Assembly: GCA_045645265.1 (NCBI GenBank)
Contig: JAZRIM010000006.1
Span: 2,000 to 65,999, forward strand
Direction: 5' to 3'
Origin: Candidatus Onthomorpha sp.
GTDB taxonomy: Bacteria; Bacteroidota; Bacteroidia; Bacteroidales; P3
DNA: 64,000 nt
Position numbers and translations under genes: made by a program. Shown here piece after piece: positions 57,468-64,000 of this stretch; position 1 is the stretch's first letter, and the number at the start of each line of letters is the position of its first letter. The notes under the pieces were generated by a model. It was not told the DNA's origin. It searched no databases and saw only the letters and a list, made by a program, of their open reading frames with translations.

Positions 57468-58016
57468 ATGAAAAATAAAAAATTTGAAGAGCAATTAGTG
57501 GAATCACAAGGTGTATTAGAAAATTTTGCTTTTTCTTTAACACATAATCAAGAAGAAGCAAAAGATTTGGTTCAAGACACCTTTTTAAAAGCCATTTCAC
57601 ATCAAAAAGCCTATAAAGAAGACACTAATCTTAGAGCATGGTTATTCACTATTATGAAAAACTCTTTCATAAATAATTACAGAAAAAACAAAAGAGTACA
57701 ATCTATAATCATAAAAGAAGGCTCAACTCCTTGGGTTAATAATATTCCAAGCAATATCATTTATCATGCAGACCACAACACTCAATACAATCAAATTCTT
57801 TCTCTTATCAACAATCTACCCGAAGAACAAAAACTCCCTTTTGAAATGATAAATCAAGGTTACAAATATTGCGAAATTGCAGAGAAGTTTAACATTCCTA
57901 TTGGCACTGTAAAAAGTCGCATTTTCCTTGCAAGAAAAAAACTTAGCAATCAATTAGGCGATAATTCCCCTTTATTTTCAAATTTAAATTTTACCACACC
58001 TGTCAAAAGCAATTGA
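57468..58016 (+). CDS. ECF-type RNA polymerase sigma-70 factor
   Basis: Region 2 (DLVQDTFLKA...W) and region 4 (Y.EIAE..NIP.GTVKSR...AR). Confidence 0.85.
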   Translation: MKNKKFEEQLVESQGVLENFAFSLTHNQEEAKDLVQDTFLKAISHQKAYKEDTNLRAWLFTIMKNSFINNYRKNKRVQSIIIKEGSTPWVNNIPSNIIYHADHNTQYNQILSLINNLPEEQKLPFEMINQGYKYCEIAEKFNIPIGTVKSRIFLARKKLSNQLGDNSPLFSNLNFTTPVKSN

Positions 58017-58026
58017 TATAATAAAG

Positions 58027-58060
58027 AAAAGCGTGAAATCAAAATAAATTTCACGCTTTT
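58027..58060. terminator. Bidirectional terminator between the sigma factor and GH27 genes
   Basis: GCGTGAAAT (58031-58039) / ATTTCACGC (58048-58056) flanked by A4 and T4. Confidence 0.75.
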
Positions 58061-58064
58061 CTAT

Positions 58065-59675
58065 TTACCTCTCTTTCACAAGCTCCATGCAATCTATATC
58101 GGGCATCTTGCCTTTGTTTGAATAAAGTCTTATTATGTTATTTCCTTCCTTCAACTCTATTTTAAAGCTTTGACTTTTTGTTTTTTCTTCACTTTCTGCG
58201 TTAAGAGTAGTTTCTGCAATCTTCTTTCCGTTTACGCTTATGCTTAGCTTTCTTTCTTCGTTACAAAGAAAACTTAACTTCATTTCATATTCCCCTCCAT
58301 CTTTGCTATAAACCCCTCGCCAATGCAAGTCATTCTTAGAGTTATATCCTAAATTCCTAACAACAACTCCGCCAGATACTCCTTCTACTTCTTCATATAT
58401 TGCAGTCTTTGCCGTTTCGTGATTTTCCAACTCTTGATAAGCTGTAAGCCATGCCGTTTCTGCTTCATATATTCTTCTTTCTTTTCTCTCTCTTGCTTCA
58501 AAAACATATATGCAACAACCATGAGCAGACACGCTAACCAACATAGAATCTAAAAAACTACCAATATCTTTCCTCTCAAACAAGTCTCTTACTTCTATCT
58601 CTCCAAACAAATCCAATTTTTCAAACTCTATCTTCACTCTTTTCTCACTATCACTTGGGTTATAAACAGCTACTGCTCTTTTCTTGCCATATAATTCCTC
58701 CACATCTTTAACAAGTATGTAGCAATCATTTGTTTTCTCCACTACGTATGCTTGCAATCCGAGAGTGTTTTGATTTAGAGCAATCAATTCTTCGTTTTGC
58801 AAAAGTGAAATAGCCTTAGGGTTTATTGAATTAAGGTCGCAACCTATCAAAAGCGGAGAAGACATCATGCACCACATACCAAAATGAGTTTTGTCTTCCT
58901 CTTCGCTCAACCCTCTGCCAACTTCAAGCATATCCATATCGTTATAATGTCCATAACTTGCGTATGCCGACAAATAAAGACTTTGAAAAATTATGCTTTT
59001 CACAGACTCCCAACCCAAATATATATCTTCGCTCATTCGCCATGAAGGTGCAATTTCTGTAACCCAAGTACCAGGGAAAGCCCATCGGCATACGTTCCAA
59101 GAAACGCCTTTTTTCTTCACTTCGTTTATGAGGTTTGCTATTTCTTTAAAGCGTTTTTCTTCTTCAAGATCAAGCCTATCAATATTGTTTCTTGCATCGG
59201 CTCCACAATAGTCTATTTTTATAAAATCAAAATCAAGCTCCTCAAAAAATAAAGTCATATCTTCCTTGTCGTGTCCATAAAGCCCTACTCCTATTCCAAG
59301 ACTATCTTTCGGATTTCCCCAATACGAAGCACAAGTATTCGCTCCTGCATCTGTGTAAATTCCTGCTTTCAATCCCAAAGCGTGAATATAATCTACCAAT
59401 CCTTTCAATCCGTTTGGAAATCGTTTAGGATGAATTAAGAGTTTGCCGTTTTCATCTCTACCACCAAAGTAGCCATCATCTATGTTTATGTATTTATAGC
59501 CCTTTTCTGCAAATCCAAGTTTTAACATCGCATCTGCCTGAGCCTTTATCAAAGAATCATTGATTTCTACTCCGTATGTGTTCCAAGAACTCCACCCCAT
59601 AAGAGGCATTTGCTGAGCCTTAGCATCAGCAAACAAAAAAAAGATAACTATAACGATTGCAAATAGTTTTTTCAT
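58065..59675 (-). CDS. GH27 alpha-galactosidase / alpha-N-acetylgalactosaminidase with a C-terminal CBM6/35-like module
   Basis: Signal peptide. PLMGWSSWN, YINIDDGY and KIDYCG motifs. C-terminal YEAE...SGG..V...IDCMEL carbohydrate-binding module. Confidence 0.85.
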   Translation of the reverse strand: MKKLFAIVIVIFFLFADAKAQQMPLMGWSSWNTYGVEINDSLIKAQADAMLKLGFAEKGYKYINIDDGYFGGRDENGKLLIHPKRFPNGLKGLVDYIHALGLKAGIYTDAGANTCASYWGNPKDSLGIGVGLYGHDKEDMTLFFEELDFDFIKIDYCGADARNNIDRLDLEEEKRFKEIANLINEVKKKGVSWNVCRWAFPGTWVTEIAPSWRMSEDIYLGWESVKSIIFQSLYLSAYASYGHYNDMDMLEVGRGLSEEEDKTHFGMWCMMSSPLLIGCDLNSINPKAISLLQNEELIALNQNTLGLQAYVVEKTNDCYILVKDVEELYGKKRAVAVYNPSDSEKRVKIEFEKLDLFGEIEVRDLFERKDIGSFLDSMLVSVSAHGCCIYVFEARERKERRIYEAETAWLTAYQELENHETAKTAIYEEVEGVSGGVVVRNLGYNSKNDLHWRGVYSKDGGEYEMKLSFLCNEERKLSISVNGKKIAETTLNAESEEKTKSQSFKIELKEGNNIIRLYSNKGKMPDIDCMELVKER

Positions 59676-59706
59676 AAAAGAGATAAACGAAAAATATTAT
59701 GGACTA

Positions 59707-60327
59707 TTATTTGCTATCCAATAAAGGATTAGATAATATTGTTTTTGCCCATTCAGAAAGAGTATTTACATACAATTTCTTTACGCCTCCATCAACTAAA
59801 CGAAATTGTAATTTTGCTTCTTCTCCGTCAATAGAATTGTCATATACATAAAGACGATCCACTACGTTTGAAATTCTTATACAATTGTATATAGACTTTT
59901 TATATCTTGATATAATTTTTGTTATAGGCACATCATGACCGCCTTTCATTACTCGATTTGCAATTCGTGATGCGTTAATAGTAGGATTTGCCGTTGCAAT
60001 AAAGAAAATTCTGATAAAGTAGCCTGCCTTTTTTGCACGCAAAATAAAATCTACCTTATCAGTAGCAGACATTACTGTTTCAAAAATAATGCTTTTCTTT
60101 TCACTCAAACATTTTTCTCTCCATTCTTCACAATATTTTGCAGCTTTTATTACCGCTTCATTAGAGTTCCAATCGCCAAAAACATCTTTTGCAACATTAT
60201 CCGGATTGATATATATAGAATCTTCTAACCATTCATGTTTTAGAAGTTTAGATGTTATAGATGTTTTACCAGAACCATTAGGTCCTGCTATAACTATCAG
60301 TAAGGGACGATGATTTTCAGTTTTCAT
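59707..60327 (-). CDS. Zeta-toxin-family P-loop kinase (COG4185-like), putative toxin
   Basis: Walker A IAGPNGSGKTS, about 200 aa. Its ATG overlaps the upstream stop (TAATG). Confidence 0.7.
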   Translation of the reverse strand: MKTENHRPLLIVIAGPNGSGKTSITSKLLKHEWLEDSIYINPDNVAKDVFGDWNSNEAVIKAAKYCEEWREKCLSEKKSIIFETVMSATDKVDFILRAKKAGYFIRIFFIATANPTINASRIANRVMKGGHDVPITKIISRYKKSIYNCIRISNVVDRLYVYDNSIDGEEAKLQFRLVDGGVKKLYVNTLSEWAKTILSNPLLDSK

Positions 60328-60530
60328 TACCTATTGATGCTTTGTTGATTTTGCATTTCCTCTATAATAGCCTTAGCTTCATTCTCCAATGATTCAAAAA
60401 ACTCTTTATAAGCCTTTTGATTAGTTTCACGAGCCTCTTGTGCAACTTCCTTCATCAATTGACTCAACATTTCATCTGTCGGTTCCTCATTAGAACTAAA
60501 TCGATAAGAATTCATTTCACACTCTAACAT
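60327..60530 (-). CDS. Small acidic protein, putative cognate antitoxin
   Basis: 62-67 aa (ATG 60530 or ATG 60515), helical and acidic. Translationally coupled to the zeta-like gene. Confidence 0.5.
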   Translation of the reverse strand: MLECEMNSYRFSSNEEPTDEMLSQLMKEVAQEARETNQKAYKEFFESLENEAKAIIEEMQNQQSINR

Positions 60531-60555
60531 AAAACATTTATTGATATTTACGTTG

Positions 60556-60563
60556 CAAAAGTA
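60556..60563 (-). promoter_or_regulatory. -7 box TACTTTTG for the TA pair
   Basis: Plus-strand CAAAAGTA, 25 nt upstream of ATG 60530. Confidence 0.5.
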
Positions 60564-60694
60564 ACAAATTTATTCTTTAAAAAGTTGTTTCTGTATTCAA
60601 ATTTATTAAATAACACATCTACTCTTCTTAATACTTTTGCTTATTATTCTTAAAATATTCCTATTTTTGCAGAAGAAAGAAACATTTTAAACTT

Positions 60695-62080
60695 ATGATG
60701 AAAAAATATCTTTTAATCACATTGTTATTCATTGGATTCGTATCTTGTCAATCCACTTCAAAGGTAATAAAGACTAAAACGCCTGAGCGAGCGAAAGGAC
60801 AAACTCACGTTGTTGGCTTAACCGCTCCAAAATTAGATACTGTAAGAATTGGAATTATTGGTCTTGGAATGCGAGGCATAAGTGCTGTTGAAAGATTTAT
60901 TCACATTCCGGGAGTAGAGATAAAAGCTCTTTGCGACATTCGCCCTGAGTTGACCGAAAGAGCTGAAAAAGTATTGCTCAATGCAGGAAAAGAAAAGCCT
61001 ACTTCTTATCATGGAGGGGAGGATTTATGGAAAAAGGTTTGCGAAAGAGAGGATATTGATTTGATTTACGTTGTAACAGATTGGGAAAATCACGCAAACA
61101 TAGGAGTTTACGCAATGGAGCATGGCAAACACGTAGCAATAGAAGTGCCTGCCGCAATGAGCTTGGAGGAAATTTGGGACTTGATAAACACAAGCGAAAA
61201 AACAAGAAAACATTGCATACAATTAGAAAACTGTGTCTATGATTATTTTGAAATGACTACGCTAAATATGGCACAACAAGGCTTATTCGGAGAGTTGCTT
61301 CACACCGAAGGTGCTTATATTCATTACTTAGAAGAATTTTGGACTTACTATTACGACAATTGGCGTTTGGATTACAACAACGAACACCGTGGAGATGTTT
61401 ACCCAACTCACGGAATAGGACCTATTTGTCAGTTATTGAACATTCATCGTGGAGATAGAATGAAAACCTTAGTATCTATGGACACAAAATCTGTGAACGG
61501 AAAAGCCTTCGCAAAGAAAATCGGAGTTAAAAACAAAGATATAGATTTTCAAAACGGCGACCACACTCTTACTCTCATTCAAACAGAAAACGGAAAGACG
61601 ATGCACATTCAACATAATGTGATGACTCCACGTCCTTACAACAGAATGTTTCAAGTAACCGGCACCGAAGGTTTCGCAAACAAGTATCCAATAGAGCAAT
61701 TCTGCTTTCAACCAAAGAATATCGATGCAAACATCATTCCTAATCACGAAGACCTAAACGTACATCGTGCAGTCAGTGATGAAATAAAGGCAAAACTAAT
61801 GAACGAATACAAACACCCTATTCATAAAGAATTGGAAACAATAGCAAAACAAGTCGGTGGACACGGCGGAATGGACTTTATAATGGATTGGCGTTTGATT
61901 TATTGCCTTCAAAACGGACTTCCTTTGGATATGGACGTATATGACCTTGCAGAATGGTGCAGTGTGATAGAACTTTCTCGCATTTCAATAGAGAATAACA
62001 ACGCTCCTGTTGAAGTTCCCGACTTTACAAGAGGATATTGGAACATAGAAAAAGGCTACAAGCACGCTTTTGTAAAATAA
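60695..62080 (+). CDS. Gfo/Idh/MocA-type NAD-dependent glycosidase, GH109-like (alpha-N-acetylgalactosaminidase family)
   Basis: Lipoprotein signal (FVSCQS). Rossmann motif RIGIIGLGMRG and the segment IEVPAA...ENCVYD. The length and layout match GH109 enzymes. Confidence 0.65.
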   Translation: MMKKYLLITLLFIGFVSCQSTSKVIKTKTPERAKGQTHVVGLTAPKLDTVRIGIIGLGMRGISAVERFIHIPGVEIKALCDIRPELTERAEKVLLNAGKEKPTSYHGGEDLWKKVCEREDIDLIYVVTDWENHANIGVYAMEHGKHVAIEVPAAMSLEEIWDLINTSEKTRKHCIQLENCVYDYFEMTTLNMAQQGLFGELLHTEGAYIHYLEEFWTYYYDNWRLDYNNEHRGDVYPTHGIGPICQLLNIHRGDRMKTLVSMDTKSVNGKAFAKKIGVKNKDIDFQNGDHTLTLIQTENGKTMHIQHNVMTPRPYNRMFQVTGTEGFANKYPIEQFCFQPKNIDANIIPNHEDLNVHRAVSDEIKAKLMNEYKHPIHKELETIAKQVGGHGGMDFIMDWRLIYCLQNGLPLDMDVYDLAEWCSVIELSRISIENNNAPVEVPDFTRGYWNIEKGYKHAFVK

Positions 62081-62452
62081 TGGAAAAGAAATATAGCAAA
62101 CACCCTTTTATTAAAATTGGCATTCTCGCAAGGGTTAGAGCAATAGAAGATTTAGGTAAATTATTTCTTTGACTTAGGAAATTATTTCTTAGGAATAAAA
62201 TATTAAATGATAAGTTTGAGAAAACATCTTCAAAAACAAAAAAAACTATACCTTTACTAATTGAATTTTTATAAAGAACAAAGGATAAAATCAAAGCCTT
62301 ACTCATCACATTCCAAAAGTCGTTTGCTTGGAACTTATGCCAACCGACATCTATGGGATAAAGGAGCGAGAGCATTCACTACAATATTTGCACAAGATTT
62401 GAAACATGTAATTGAAATTCAATAATACATCTGCAATAAGAATATATAAAAT

Positions 62453-62624
62453 CTATCTTCTTTTCCTAAGCTCCATGCAATCTATATCAGGCATCTTGCC
62501 TTTGTTCGAATAGAGTCTTATTACATTGTTTCCTTTCTCCAACTCTATTTCAAAGCTTTGTTTTTTGTGCTTTTGTTCCCCAAATAATTGAAAGGAAAAT
62601 TATTAAGTTTACTATTTTTTTCAT
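62453..62624 (-). pseudogene. Deletion remnant of a GH27 paralog: signal-peptide start fused out of frame to the last ~38 codons
   Basis: ATG 62624 encodes MKKIVNLIIFLSIIWGTKAQ-KTKL-stop (62550). A different frame over 62453-62575 reads EQKHKKQSFEIELEKGNNVIRLYSNKGKMPDIDCMELRKRR-stop. The intact gene ends KSQSFKIELKEGNNIIRLYSNKGKMPDIDCMELVKER. Confidence 0.75.
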
Positions 62625-62629
62625 AGGTA

Positions 62630-62637
62630 CAAAGATA
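62630..62637 (-). promoter_or_regulatory. -7 box TATCTTTG of the remnant gene
   Basis: Plus-strand CAAAGATA, 5 nt upstream of ATG 62624. Confidence 0.45.
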
Positions 62638-62656
62638 GCAAAAAGAAAAAAAGCGG

Positions 62657-62664
62657 TAATTTTG
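62657..62664 (+). promoter_or_regulatory. -7 box TAATTTTG for the GH35 gene
   Basis: 29 nt upstream of ATG 62694. Confidence 0.55.
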
Positions 62665-62693
62665 CAACCGATAAAAAATAATTAGAATTTTAT

Positions 62694-64000
62694 ATGAGAA
62701 AGTTATCTTACCTTTTACTATTTTTGGCGTTATTGCCACTCGGATTGTTTGCTCAAAAGAATAAATCTTTTGAAATCAAAGATGGTGATTTTTATTTGAA
62801 TGGCAAAGCAACTCCAATCTATTCGGGAGAGATGCATTACTCGCGTATTCCACACCAATATTGGCGTCATAGGTTTCAAATGATGAGAGCAATGGGCTTA
62901 AATGCTGTTGCTACTTATGTTTTTTGGAATTGGCACGAGCAAGAACAAGGTAAATGGGATTTTGAGGGTGATAAGGATTTGGCAGAGTACATAAAAATTG
63001 CAGGAGAAGAGGGTTTAATGGTAATTCTTCGTCCTGGTCCATACGTTTGTGCTGAATGGGAGTTTGGAGGTTATCCTTGGTGGTTACAAAACATTGAAGG
63101 CATGGAAATTCGCCGCGATAACGAGCAATTTTTGAAATATACTAAACTTTATATTGAAAGACTTTTCAAGGAAGTTGGTCATTTGCAATGCACAAAAGGC
63201 GGTCCTATCATAATGATTCAATGTGAAAACGAATTTGGTTCTTACGTTGCTCAACGTACAGACATTAGTTTAGAACAGCATCGTGCCTATAATGCAAAGA
63301 TAAAACAGCAATTGATTGATGCAGGCTTTGATGTTCCTATGTTTACTTCCGATGGCAGTTGGTTATTCGAGGGTGGTAGCACTCCTAATGCTCTTCCTAC
63401 TGCAAATGGTGAAAGCAATATTGAGAATTTGAAAAGGGTTGTCAATAAATATCACAATAATCAAGGGCCTTATATGGTGGCTGAGTTTTATTCTGGTTGG
63501 TTATCTCATTGGGCAGAGCCGTTTCCTCAAACCGATGCTTCAAGTCTTGCACGTCAAACCGAGCAATATTTGAAGAATGATGTGTCTTTTAATTTTTATA
63601 TGGTGCATGGGGGAACTAATTTCGGTTTTACAAGTGGTGCAAATTATGATAAGAAACGTGATATTCAACCCGATTTGACAAGTTATGACTACAACGCTCC
63701 TATAAGTGAGGCAGGTTGGGCAACAGCAAAGTATGATTCTATTCGTAATGTTATGAAAAAATATTTAAAAGATATTCCTGCTGTGCCAAAGGCTATGCCT
63801 GTTATTGAAATTCCTTCAATCAAATTAGATAAAGTAGCAGATGTTTTGGGTTATTCTTCTTTAATAAAACCTATTCTTGGAGATAGTCCTAAGACTTTTG
63901 AGCAGTTGAATCAAGGTTATGGTTATGTGCTTTATTCTCATCATTTCAAACACCCAATAAGTGGAACGCTTGCAATCAATGGCTTGCGTGATTATGCTGT
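62694..64000 (+). CDS. GH35 beta-galactosidase, N-terminal 435 codons (continues past the right edge)
   Basis: Not in the track because it is edge-truncated. My translation gives MRKLSYLLLFLALLPLGLFAQKNKSFEIKDGDFYLNGKATPIYSGEMHYSRIP...LNAVATYVFWNWHE...GPYVCAEWEFGGYPWWL...QCENEFGSY, which are hallmark GH35 motifs. Confidence 0.85.
   Translation, partial: MRKLSYLLLFLALLPLGLFAQKNKSFEIKDGDFYLNGKATPIYSGEMHYSRIPHQYWRHRFQMMRAMGLNAVATYVFWNWHEQEQGKWDFEGDKDLAEYIKIAGEEGLMVILRPGPYVCAEWEFGGYPWWLQNIEGMEIRRDNEQFLKYTKLYIERLFKEVGHLQCTKGGPIIMIQCENEFGSYVAQRTDISLEQHRAYNAKIKQQLIDAGFDVPMFTSDGSWLFEGGSTPNALPTANGESNIENLKRVVNKYHNNQGPYMVAEFYSGWLSHWAEPFPQTDASSLARQTEQYLKNDVSFNFYMVHGGTNFGFTSGANYDKKRDIQPDLTSYDYNAPISEAGWATAKYDSIRNVMKKYLKDIPAVPKAMPVIEIPSIKLDKVADVLGYSSLIKPILGDSPKTFEQLNQGYGYVLYSHHFKHPISGTLAINGLRDYA

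Noticed and set aside
62025-62375. A 116-aa minus-strand ORF overlapping the end of the GH109-like gene, and the 64-aa ORF at 62545-62739.
   Set aside because: Neither has motifs or a promoter. The second is an out-of-frame read through the GH27 remnant and the GH35 signal-peptide region.

Overview
64-kb chromosomal window from a low-GC, T9SS-positive member of the Bacteroidota. Evidence for the lineage: TAnnTTTG -7 promoter boxes, a UpxY-type antiterminator, an S46 peptidase and LYPNP-type C-terminal sorting domains. I call about 46 protein genes, one tRNA and one pseudogene. Left end: two adjacent giant paralogous T9SS cargo proteins (more than 1629 aa, and 2109 aa) built from repeated FN3/beta-sandwich supermodules. 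Middle: housekeeping blocks (asparaginase, heptose kinase, aminotransferase, an rluB-asmA-hpt-adk-obg-PAP2 operon, pheT, thiL, der, pyrF, lipB, ileS). It also holds envelope proteins (PorT-like and other beta-barrels, a TPR/beta-propeller/OmpA protein, Skp), a T9SS beta-helix protein and a DPP11-type peptidase. Right end: a stripped-down capsule export locus (UpxY-Wza-Wzc-PHP phosphatase-acyltransferase), an orphan ECF sigma factor, and a host-glycan cluster (GH27, GH109-like, GH35) interrupted by a zeta-toxin TA pair and a GH27 deletion scar. The most unusual signal is non-coding. A ~490-bp repeat family (3 copies) consists of helically phased A-tracts, six units spaced exactly 21 bp apart and a 14-bp inverted repeat. 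Two near-identical copies, together with a near-identical 55-bp hairpin, bracket two otherwise unrelated acyltransferase-3 genes. Shorter 21-bp-phased TTTCTTTG arrays recur at five other intergenic sites. Also notable are a fused adenylate kinase plus degenerate pseudo-kinase and a 136-nt rod-like hairpin inserted in one acyltransferase leader. All domain calls come from motif recognition by eye and no searches were run. Hand-derived coordinates of small sites may be off by 1-2 nt.
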